Assembly: GCA_002633005.1 (NCBI GenBank)
Contig: NMRA01001030.1
Coordinates: 20,818-67,712, forward strand
Direction of reading: 5' to 3'
Length of the DNA: 46,895 nucleotides
Source: Phoronis australis
Lineage: Eukaryota; Animalia; Phoronida
Of this stretch, positions 1 through 11,900 are shown piece after piece. Within the stretch, counting starts at the first letter, position 1; each line of letters starts with the position of its first letter. The notes under the pieces were generated by a model. It saw only the letters and a list, made by a program, of their open reading frames with translations, did no database searches and was not told the origin of the DNA. Made by a program: the position numbers and the translations under genes.

Positions 1-1391
1 CAATAAATCTCAGATTTGATTTTTGTCTTGAAAAGGATTATCAAAAATTTAAAAACCAGTGGTATTTAGAAATTTTCGATTTCACTAGTCACATACCGTG
101 AATAACACGCTTACAAAGGTGTCACGCATTTCTTAATATGCCATGTTCACCGCTCGTCTTGTTGAGCGGCTTTTACCAAGGGCAAAGCGAGCGCGGAGCC
201 CAAGTAGGATACAATTGTGATCTGACCGCATTGTCCGGCAAGACCCAATGAAATGTAATTACCCTACCATAAACTGTAATACATATTTCTGGCTGTAAAT
301 ACTGGCGAATTTTCGAAATGCATTTACCAATGATTTTCATAAAAACAAACACCACGTCGGTATTCAGCTGGAAAAAACAACCAAGCATGGTTTTCGATTT
401 TTAAAAATCGATGAATTAACTATAAGCTAAAAGCTACTACAAACATTAGGACGGTACGATTAAAAGATCCAAATGACCGTGCGTATTGATATACACGGTG
501 GATTTGCAAACACTGATGAGAGTTTACAATACCACATGGATTATTCTTATAACATTTTTTCAATCCCGTTTAACCAGATTTTTACAAGGAAAAAAGCTAA
601 AATTAATTATGTAGCCAGTGCAACCCAAATTGTACAGAGATTTCAAATTTTCAGTTTGCCTATCAACATATTTGCACTTTTTTGAGTTCTAATAAAGATT
701 AAACTTGAACTAATGACACGTGCACTTAAATTGTTTGCCATGAATTGTTTATAGTGTAGTTGTAATCAGGAAAGTTCATGGATTGGTTCACAATCAAATG
801 GCGATCAAAATCCAAAACTGTCTTGGTACATGTACCTCAAGTTTAAAAATAAAATAAAAAGGTATCAACCCTTTCCCGGTAAGAAAAAACAAGTAGACAG
901 GATTCTTAAAAAGGAAATAACGAAAATCCGTATGCAACATATTTAAAACCATCGTCTCTTTGGAGAGTGGCCCTTTCAGTGTCAAGATAAACACACATTA
1001 ACTTTTTAGATGTTTTAAAATGTGCAAAGTTAAAAGCGGTGACCAGTGTTAGCGAGAAATTCTCCAGAGATTCGAAAATGAAAATCGTCACTTCAGGTGA
1101 ATGTCACATTTGACTTTCAGATGCACATATTCAGTGATCATGGTCTGAGAAACGAATGGTCATCCGCATAATAACTTTTCAATTATAAAATCGCAGAGTG
1201 ACTGAACTGCCGGCTACAGTCATGAATGTGGCTCCCAAGACGCGCTGCGTCCAAGGAGCTGAGATGTTTCACTGCATACGACAAGTAGCGACATCAAACG
1301 GCGACTTATTCATGCTTAATTACATTCACCCATGCGATAATTGATTGGTGACTTAATTTTTTAAAGAAAGAACACAGTCGTGACACTCTAG

Positions 1392-1470
1392 TCAAGCTAT
1401 GACTCAAGTATGACTCAAGCTATGACTCAAGTATGACTCAAGCTATGACTCAAGCTATGACTCAAGTATG
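1392..1470. repeat. 11/12-bp tandem repeat (tcaagctatgac/tcaagtatgac)
   Basis: About 7 adjacent copies. Confidence 0.9.
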
Positions 1471-3028
1471 AATGCCGACTCGAGCCTCTTAGCTGAGGTT
1501 GATTTAACTAAGACTCAAATTCAAATACTTGGTAGGCATACGTGGGCCGTTCCACTCAACTATTTCTCCAAAATAATTATAAATCGACGTTTACGTGCAA
1601 AGTCATTGAGTAAGCGGCACAACTTCTATTTTCATAAATTATTTATAAACTGTGATGCAGTCATGATAATTAGTTGGCTAAAATTTAAATTTCAAGTTCA
1701 TGCAGCAACCGATCGAGCTGTGTTGCGGAACGTGAAGTCACGTGGGAGCGAAAGTCATGTCTTCAGCCAACTGTATGAAGCCGCCTCATTTATGAAACAT
1801 ATAAATGCGCCCATCACACAGTCTAGAGATAGACATTATTTCAGAAACTAGCAGTTCTATGTATATTGTAAGAGACTGCACTATTGCTAAACTCATATTT
1901 ATTTTTCTGACTATAAAATTGAGTGGTACATAAAACTGGTAAAATCTAAATACCTCGCTTAGTCGTTTGTTCACGAAATAGAACCCGAGTAGCTCAGTAG
2001 TCTCTAGTAAATAACAGTTTGCCAGTTCTTTCGAAACCTGACTAACTCTTAGACTAATATGAATTAGGAATATTTTGCTACCAATTTCAAAACGTTAACT
2101 TTAACACCATAGTCTCACTGACTGAAATACTGTAACAGGTGGCCACTGAATGTTAATCCACCAAACAACAGATCAGCTAGACGCGATTGTCGGACTTAAA
2201 TCAAGAAAACATTGCAGAGAATTTTGGTGAGTATTCAGCGCTAAACCACGTACTGCGCCAACGATCGCCTGCTTCCGTAAAATCGCGTGGATCATCGAGT
2301 TATGGCCCCCTGGCTGAGGGCGAGCTACACGCATTTCCTAGTACCTGACCGGGTTTATTGGCTTAACGAGACAACTAGACTACCTTCGTATTTCAATGAA
2401 GGATTGTGCACACTTTTCCGTTGCCAGGAGGGCCCCCAGCCCCTGGTCCGCCTGTGGTAGTCGTACCTCTGGTCTACGCTCCTTTCAGAACTGTGCAATC
2501 TATTATGCTAGAATTCAACAGTTTACGTATATGTTGAAGTCATGCAATGGTTTGATCCTATAGCGCCCTAACTCCACCCCTGAACCACACAATGCCAACA
2601 AACAAGACGTCTCAACGACCATATGTCTAGAAGTCGAAACTAATAGCTGGAGTGTAAGAGTGCACGTTCGCAGGATTCATTTCAACAGTTTGGTATGTAA
2701 AATAGGGTTCTCACTAAAACCGATGAAAGGCATTTTTTTCTGTAACTATCCACACAATGAAATACTGAGAAAAGACAAGAAATATACATCCAGTTACATT
2801 GTAAATTTAGCATTTTATTCTTGGCAAAAATAATCGATGCAATCAAATTGCACTCTTACATATACATATACATGTACAGGACATAATAAATAAACAATAC
2901 GTCATAACCTCATTAACAATCCATAATTAGCAGTATATTTAATTGAACACAGTAACAAAGAGTCAAGACTAGTCACCATTCTACTAAGCAACCAATGGCA
3001 CAACTGAGGCCTTGTGACTCAACACATG

Positions 3029-3072
3029 CATACATACATACATACACACATACATACATACATACATACATA
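3029..3072. repeat. (CATA)n microsatellite
   Basis: Direct inspection. Confidence 0.9.
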
Positions 3073-4253
3073 CGCCATTAAGAAAAGACAAGGACGTTGG
3101 AACCATACAATAGGTAATGCAAATGATTTGCACAATACATTAAAATGATCTGACAGTGTTTTCGCACAAGCTGTTATTAGCCAGGCCTGTAAAGAGACTA
3201 TGGGCTGACAGCATCATAAAACTAAACTCAAGCTAAAAACAAGGCACACAGTATTGTGCTGGTAATTCTGATATCAAACAATTGTTCAAGATCTTGTGAC
3301 AACAAAGAAATGGTTTACTTGGACAGTATCACCGTGGCAACAAAACATTTTGAAATCTTCCCCTAATACAAATCAGTTTGTACATACCCACAAATGAAAT
3401 ATCTTTGGAAAGTATAAGGAAACAAGAGGAACAAATAATCCGACAGAAATAACCACAAACACTTGCAAACACAAACAGTTTATATAGTAGTGAACAAGTT
3501 ACTAGTCCATGATTTTGGAAACAAGTTTTCACAAAACAATAAAACCAAGTGCGATTTAAATAATAGACAAGTGCTTTCCCCATCAAGTGTATCAGCATCT
3601 CTCCATACTACTGTCTGTTCAAACTTGATAACTATTGTCTGTTCAAACTCATAACAAATTGCTATCACACCAAACTAGGTTACTACAACTATACCAAGAT
3701 GCACATTATCCAAGGTGGTATGCCCAATCTAAGCATGCTATCAAGAGTGCAACGACACCACATTTACATGAGGATGAAAGCTTACAAATACAGAAGATTG
3801 TTTTTGATATTCTGACTTGACTGCCGTCACAAGTCTAGTAAAGAAACTGTGTGAACGTTAAAGCACAAGTTGCTACACACTTAGGGAGACATGCCAGAGT
3901 TTGATAAGTTGGAGCGCCCCCTGGGGTCTTAAACTGACACCATTTCAAATGATGTAGTCATGCATGAATGGTTTCATACACAGTAGGCATACTTAGCATA
4001 GTTTGAATTACAATCAAAAATGTGTAACAAACCTTATAAACAGTAACTATAGGAAGAAAGCAGTGAAATTGTGACAAACTTTTGTTAGTCTCCAAAGAAT
4101 GGTATGCAACCATGTGACATCAATCAGCTTTGTATTGAAACACCAAGGTCACAAAAATAACTGAATTTGTGTTAAAGCTACAAAGTACTATATACTAATT
4201 ACCCACTCATCAATAACCCTTACCTTCCCTCATACATCAATAATCCCTCTCAT

Positions 4254-4382
4254 CTATCAGTACCTACTGTAGGTCCTACAAGGCACAACACTGCCTATCA
4301 GTACCTACTGTAGGTCCCACAAGGCACAACACTGCCTATCAGTACCTACTGTAGGTCCTACAAGGCACAACACTGCCTATCA
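4254..4382. repeat. 41-bp tandem repeat x3
   Basis: ctatcagtacctactgtaggtcctacaaggcacaacactgc. Confidence 0.9.
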
Positions 4383-4662
4383 TGTAGTAAATAAGAAGGT
4401 CAAACCATAAATCCTGCATGACATTTACACAGTGATTCAAGTTAAACAGACACAGTTACAGGACATGTGTATAAACATTTTGAATAAATACACATTTAAC
4501 AATAAAATGTCAACTTTTTCAACAATAAATATTTTGTTTTATGTACATTTTAGTATCTAAACCTACTGAGCATGATTGACACTTTCACACTAACTCCAGT
4601 TAAACAGCAACAGATAAATGCCACTCAACAGTACTTCAGCTGTGTAGTATTGTTGATGAGAT

Positions 4663-4786
4663 TGACAGCCCACCTGACAATCACAGGAAACTGACAGTTC
4701 ACCTAACAATCTCAGGTAACTGACAGTTCACCCAACAATCACAGGTAACTGACAGTTCACATGACTATCACAGGTAACTGGTTCAC
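4663..4786. repeat. 29-bp degenerate tandem repeat x4
   Basis: tgacagttcacccaacaatcacaggtaac. Confidence 0.85.
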
Positions 4787-5371
4787 ACACAGGCAGTGAC
4801 ATCTGATGGTAACAGCTAGAGGCCAGAGACTAAATTTGCAGAAACATCCATTGCTTGACTTTATGCACAACACATGAGAATGAATCACCCCAAGTCCAAA
4901 TTATAACAACGGTGAAACACATTGAGACCCATTGTCTTTTTGAAACAATTAGGAGTTACCGTGACTTTCCTACTGGCTGAAATAGAGATTACTAACAGAG
5001 GAGTAGGGTCAAGGGACAAACTTCTCAAGCACAGGCCTGCTTCACACTCAACATGTTTATGACAAGCACAAGTTTGAAGTGATCCTCGTGATAAGGAAGA
5101 GAAGAACAAAGCAAAATTTGGCAAAAGATGAGTCACAGCTGGCATTTGTAGGGAATCCTTAGCCAAACCAAAACGTCTCATACGTCACATGTTTTGAAAG
5201 GAACACACATATTTTGTTCCTTTAAGGAGCTTTAAGTTATAAATCGCAACATCACAGCAAAACTAACAACACTAGGAATGAAAAAGCACGTATTTCGCTA
5301 ACGGACAAAATGATTTTGAAATAACACAGTTAACAAGATGGTGTACTCAACATCACAATGCAAATTCACAA

Positions 5372-5517
5372 AGTGTTCTGGTTAGTCCACAGCCATGTGA
5401 ACACTGAACAGGTCTTTATCTAGGCTGGTTAGACCACAGCCATGTGAACACTGAACATATCTTCATTCAGTGTTCTGGTTTGTCCTCAACCATGTGAACA
5501 CTGAACAGGTATTTATC
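5372..5517. repeat. ~46-50-bp degenerate tandem repeat x3
   Basis: Core ccatgtgaacactgaaca repeated three times. Confidence 0.8.
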
Positions 5518-5805
5518 GAGGTCATCACTATTTCATGGTCACATGAACTACATGTAATGAGTAAAGCAGCTAAACACAAAATGGGAGTCAGCTTGATTTT
5601 GGGTAAGAACAATGAAAGACATCTAGGCAAAGCATGTTGTCTGAAGAGCAGACAAAGTTTAACAACAGACCAAAAAGTTCAGTAATCCTAATCCATTCAA
5701 AGCACATACTCTCAGAGTTAAGGAAAATGATATTTTTCGGTTTACTACCAAACCTAGCTCAGATGTCATAATCGCTGCAGCTAGATCGGCCACACTATTC
5801 CCTAA

Positions 5806-5895
5806 AGGTCATGACCTCTTATTGCAGACATCTACACTCTTGGCCTCCAGAGGTCATGACCTCTTATTGCAGACGTCTACACTCTTGGCCTCCAG
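5806..5895. repeat. 45-bp tandem duplication covering the MBD5-like stop codon
   Basis: aggtcatgacctcttattgcagac(a/g)tctacactcttggcctccag x2. Confidence 0.9.
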
Positions 5896-5962
5896 CCTCT
5901 TGTCAAGTTCCACCATGGCTTCCTGTATCGCAGACTCCAAGTGTGAATTCATCTTCCTACCT
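5854..5962 (-). CDS. MBD5: MBD5-like last coding exon
   Basis: attttcag acceptor; (K)[35 protein letters not shown] then TGA at 5856-5854. Confidence 0.85.
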
Positions 5963-8900
5963 CTGAAAATTCATAAACTCCAGTCAACACAAACGGACTG
6001 CATCATGGCAGAGTCAGTTACAAAGTGGAATACTTTAGTAAAATGGACTACTTTAGCAAAACGACTACTTTAGTAAAATGGACTACTTAATTAATATGGG
6101 ACTACTTTTTGTAAAATGGAATACTTTAGTAAAATGGACTACTTTAGCAAAACGACTACTGTAGTAAAATGGACTACTTGATTAAAATGGGACTACTTTT
6201 TGTAAAATGGACTACTTCTAGTAAAATGGACTACTTAAGTAAAATGATTAAAACTGATCTTACTTGGTCAAAAATAGTGGTAACAACTGAGGTTTGATTT
6301 TCAGATTAAAACTGTCTTAAAATTTCATAAAAATAACCTTCAAAATACATGTTTTTCAGAAAAATAAATTAACACAGTCCGGATTTTCATTTTTAAAAAT
6401 CAGTAAAAATTAGTGAACTGTTTACTCAAATCACAAGTTCAAATGGCACCCAAAGACTTAATTTGCTGGTGGCTGATAACTCCATCAGTTCAGGGATAGA
6501 ACATACATGTTCAATAGGCAGTACAAATGTGTCTGGATTTACAGAGGGCTTTGTGGGTAAGGGGCTCTAATCATGTAGAGGCTAAAATGAAGACATACAA
6601 TGGACAGAAAAGTTTTTGTTATTGGGTACTCATGCAAAAGGGTTCCACAGTCATATTGACACCTGGGTCACCTCATCATGGCAGCATCAACTTTGAACAA
6701 AGTTCAAACAAATCCACCAGGAGTAAACTTCCACAAAAACTGGTATTTAGCAAACTGCTGAAACTGTCCAATCCAAAGCCTTTGTGATGCAAAACAACGG
6801 AAAACTTAGTATGGTGGCAGCACTAGTCTTACTTTCTCAGCTTCTTACGAGCGGCGTGATGTTCGTCCAACCCTTCATCAAGAGTCTTCAAGTCACGTGG
6901 CTCCACCTGGCTGACAGAATGATTACCAAACCACTTCACCCACAGCTGAAAGAGTGACATAGATCAAGTGTTGTTAGGTGTACTCGAATGTAAAAAAGAG
7001 TTCAGCCAAGAAACGTTTTTGTCAAAACCAACTTTCGATGTAAGACGCATTACAAAATGGATGTCATCTGGTTGCTTACATGGAAGTGATTTCCGTCAAG
7101 AAAGTCGATTACTTTAAGCCCACAACATGATGTATCTTAACTTAAATCTATGGAGCTTCATAAACCCTCAATATTTCAGAACGAGTTTAGTGCCCCCAAT
7201 CACAGTTTGACAACATTAACCATCACGTGACTTATCCAAGGATCGAGTACCTTGCCCTGCTCTGACTTGTGATTGGTTCGCACATCTGACTCGTTCACCA
7301 GCTGTCCAGGCCAAGACTGGTAACCACGGAGCTGACCCCAGACAAGGTCACCAGTATTGAATGAGCGAATGATATTACACCTCTGTGCTGCAAAAATATC
7401 ATTAAAACCATGCAGTCTACAAGCAACAAAGAGACTAGGGTGACATCTGTTGAGTGTAGTAATAGATCAAGACAAAAACTTGGGCTAGCCTTATGGCATT
7501 TAAGCAAAAAAGCTTATATTGCTTTAATATGATATCCACTTAAACAAACAACTTAGATGTTGGTAGGCCCAAATTGGGAAAAACATGAGAGGAAACATAA
7601 ACTGACGAAAGTATTTTGTTTAAAATAAACTTGCATCCTTCAGAGTTCTTAGTTTATATTCAACTGGTCAATCATAGCTTAAAATTTTAGATCAACTGTA
7701 TATGTGATCGTGAAGTCACTATTGTACTGTATAATGAAGTCACTATTGTACTGTATAATGAAGTCACTATTGTACTGTATAATGAAGTCACTATGTACTG
7801 TATAATGAAGTCACTATTGTACTGTATAATGAAGTCACTATTGTACTGTATAATGAAGTCACTATTGTACTGTATAATGAAGTCACTATTGTACTGTATA
7901 ATGAAGTCACTATTGTACTNCCTTAGCAAGGGCAGCACTCTGGAGGATGGCAGACACGTTCTTGGCCACTATTTTTTCTGGGGTGAGCTCAACTTCGCTG
8001 CCAACAGAATTTGCTTGAGGGGAGTCACTACCAGTGTCACTATTCATAACAGGTGCTGTTGGATTGGTCAGCACATCTGACACACTGCACTCTACAGTGG
8101 ACACAGCAGTCATCTGGTTTTCATTACTTCCTATGTGAGGCATATTCACAGCAGAATTTAAAGCAAGAGCAGGAGACTGAAACTTGTTGGTGATTGGCTG
8201 AGCAGGAATCTGGTTAATCACTTGTCCAGCAGGTGGCATGCCCATGACTGGTTGAAGTAACACAGTGTTGGGTGCTTGGTTCATGGGAACTGCGTTAAAC
8301 ACCTGCATGACTGGCCGATTAGTCATGGGTTGCATTGGGCCAGCAGACGGTATTACCTGACCCAAAGAGTTTGTAACAGTACTAACAACAGGCAGGGCAA
8401 ACTGTGGTGGGTAGCTTCCTTGGTTACTCTGGGCAACAGGGTACACGCTTTGCTGCTGTGGCTGTGGCAGAAACATGGGAATACCAGGCTGTGATGGCGC
8501 CGCAAGGCCACCATTGTTGGGCAGGGTCGACTCACCCATTTTTGACTTTCCTTTACTCGCTGCATCTGCCCGTTTTCCACGTGACTTGGTCGTCGGCTGG
8601 TGTTGTTGTTGCCTGGCCAGGGCTGCGTTGATGGCATGCTCTGCAGCCTCTAGACCCGACACCATATTCTGCACCGCCTGTATGGGAGATTGTTCTTTGT
8701 TAGACTTCTGTAATGACACCGACTGTGTTAGCAATGAACTAGAGTTAGACACACGTGCAGAAGGACACACCACAGAACTAGTGAAGAAAGACTGTGTCAA
8801 GCTTCCCTGGTTAGGCAACACATCCATTTTGTTATTGACAATTGTGTTAGTTTGTTGACCCATGGCCATATGTCCAGCTCCAAAAGCAAGTTGACCTTGA

Positions 8901-11900
8901 CCAAAATTCATCTGAGCTTGACCTAAATGCATTGGCTGTCCAGGAAGGCAGTTGAGCTGACCCTGGGCAACCTGATTAAAGAACCCAGCTGGAGTAGGTG
9001 GGGACAAAAAGACTGGCTGTTGATGTTGGATGTTAGATGAAGAATATTGCGCTTTGGCAGCTGCTGACAACAGATTACTAGCTGGGAAACTGGACACAGA
9101 TGGCGCCGGTAGACCTACAGCAGACACGTTCATACAGTGCTGGTCAGAGACAGTGCCACTCAGACTGGGTGAGAATGCTGCAGAGGAAACATGATAGTTA
9201 AGAGTTGAAACGCGCGGTATCATACTCACACCAAGCTGACCTACGGGAGTCACTGGCAACGGTTGAGCCGAAACCACTTGACCTTGAGAGTAAACCGCCT
9301 GACTTTGAGAGAACACTGGCTGGCCTTGTGGAAGCAGCATTTGGCCCTGAACCAATGAGGGAATGGCTGTCTTTGCCACTGGAAGTGCGACGTGCATTTG
9401 AGGCATTTCCGTTGGGTTGGCCATACTGGTTTTGGCCAACAGAAAAGGAGTCGACTGTAGCGTATCGGACACTTGAGATTGAATGCAGGTTGTCATTGTT
9501 GAGGAGATGGTTGACACAGTTACACAAGCTGTGGTGGATGCCACTGTTGATAATGTTGGTGGCACAGTGACTACAGGAGTAGGTGAGGCTACAGTAGTCG
9601 TTCCTTGGCCTGATGTGTCATCATCGCTGGTGGATGTGGGGCTTCCAACAGTCCATCTGGAAGATTGTTCATTACTGGTTACTGGCATAACTTCCGAGAC
9701 ATCAACAGAGGGAGCCACATGCAGACCAGCTGCATCCAGGTTTGGTGCTTTGCTTACTAATTTGGGTGACATATTTAACTGTACATTGCTGTCACCCGCA
9801 GAACACAACACAGGCACATGTGTGACTTCACAACCATCAGCCATTTTGGGAATTTCCTCCTTTGGATCAGAGGTTGTCTGAACAGACACAGCCCCCGTCT
9901 TTCCATGGATATTTTCTCGTGAAAGATTACTGTTCATCAGGGCAGTCTGCTGAGCCATAAACTCTGTTGGATTGTCCAAGAAAGTAGCGCTTGTTTGCCC
10001 AGAAGGNACCGCCTGACCTTGAGAGAACACTGGCTGGCCTTGTGGAAGCAGCATTTGGCCCTGAACCAATGAGGGAATGGCTGTCTTTGCCACTGGGAGT
10101 GCGACATGCATTTGAGGCATTTCCGTTGGGTTGGCCATACTGGTTTTGGCCAACAGAAAAGGAGTCGACTGTAGCGTATCGGACACTTGAGATTGAATGC
10201 AGGTTGTCATTGTTGAGGAGATGGTTGACACAGCTACACAAGCTGTGGTGGATGCCACTGTTGATAATGTTGGTGGCACAGTGACTACAGGAGTAGCTAA
10301 GGCTACAGTAGTCGTTCCTTGGCCTGATGTGTCATCATCGCTGGTGGATGTGGGGCTTTCAACAGTCCATCTGGAAGATTGTTCATTACTGGTTACTGGC
10401 ATAACTTCCGAGACATCAACAGAGGGAGCCACATGCAGACCAGCTGCATCCAGGTTTGGTGCTTTGCTTACTAATTTGGGTGACATATTTAACTGTACAT
10501 TGCTGTCACCCGCAGAACACAACACAGGCACATGTGTGACTTCACAACCATCAGCCATTTTGGGAATTTCCTCCTTTGGATCAGAGGTTGTCTGAACAGA
10601 CACAGCCCCCGTCTTTCCATGGATATTTTCTCGTGAAAGATTACTGTTCATCAGGGCAGTCTGCTGAGCCATAAACTCTGTTGGATTGTCCAAGAAAGTA
10701 GCGCTTGTTTGCCCAGAAGGCAACGCCTGCTGAGCACCAGTGTCAATAGGCACAGACATCTCTTCCTCATTTTCGATTTTTTTCTTCTTCCGAGACCTTT
10801 TCTTACGAGGTTTTGGCTCTGCCCAAGTCTGCTCGTAAAAACCCATTGGCATAGGCTGTAATGGCTGCTGCATGAACATAGGGTGAGGTGGTCGTACCAT
10901 CATTGGCTGTACATACATCTGTCCCTGTGGTGGGGGACCAGCAGGCACATTCATGCCTTGCATGTGCAACATGTTCACATTGGGATTACCAACCGGAACA
11001 AAATGTTGCTGGAAGCCCTGTGGGTTACCCATGAACGCCTGCTGCTGTTGCTGCTGGGCGTATGGTGCTACAGGTCCCTGTACATGCATTGTGGCTACCA
11101 TTGGATTTGGCGCATTTTGCATTTGGGGAAACCTATAAGCCATGTGGGGGCCTCTGGTGTTTTGATACTGAACCATGGGCATCAGTTGATTAGGTACATG
11201 CTGACCATACTGGCCAGAGAGCGGTGGTGACATCATGGAGGAAGATGGGAAGCGAAGAATGCGTGGTGGTGACACCATGCCTGGATTACGCATTGTACTC
11301 AAAGGAGACTGTGCTGGTGATGACATCATACGCACAGTATTATGTGAGCCGTCCTCTTGAGAAGACAACATACCCGAACTTTGGGGAACCCGTGACCCAG
11401 ATGATGGTGATGACAGCACGGTATTGGCAATCATATTGCCAGCAGGAAATGGAACAACTGATGTTGCTTCAAAGGATTGTTGCTGTGATGTTGGAGACAT
11501 ATTTGTTGTTCCTGCGAGCCCACCTATGGGAATGGTTTGAAGCTGTCCACCAGGGGGCAGGCGACGAGCATTCTTGTCCCTCTGCGCCAACAATTCTGAT
11601 ACCTTTACACCATCATAGTTGGTCGCTTTTGTTCGCCGTACTTTACGTTTCTTAAAAGCACCATCTACAACGACAATTTACATTTGATAAGTTATCTCGC
11701 ACGATGTCCATGACTGTAGTTTTGACAACAATTATAAACACCCATTCAAGGGTAATGAAGTAGCGTTGTCCTCACATGATGTATATTGGCCATGTATCCT
11801 GCTGTGTAGCCAATCTCTGTTCAGCCTTTAGGAAGGATGGCTTAACCTACTACATAATATAACAATAAATACTTTACACAGAGCTGTACACAGAGCTGTA

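Larger units (their letters stand above)
2800..5853 (-). other. Probable long 3' UTR of MBD5-like gene, candidate poly(A) signal AATAAA at 2819-2814
   Basis: Non-coding, T-rich on the minus strand, directly downstream of the stop; the endpoint is inferred from the AATAAA alone. Confidence 0.4.

Noticed and set aside
1-2700. Short ORFs and possible transposon remnants
   Set aside because: No coherent exon chain, domain motif or paired termini that I could verify by eye.
7687-8080. Repeat-peptide ORFs crossing the N at 7920
   Set aside because: 24-bp minisatellite plus an assembly join.
9294-10720. 238-aa internal protein repeat in MBD5-like
   Set aside because: The copies are joined by a single N and nearly identical; likely an assembly artefact.
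8276-11655. Several plus-strand ORFs of 60-143 aa
   Set aside because: Antisense shadows of the large MBD5-like exon, with no recognisable domains.
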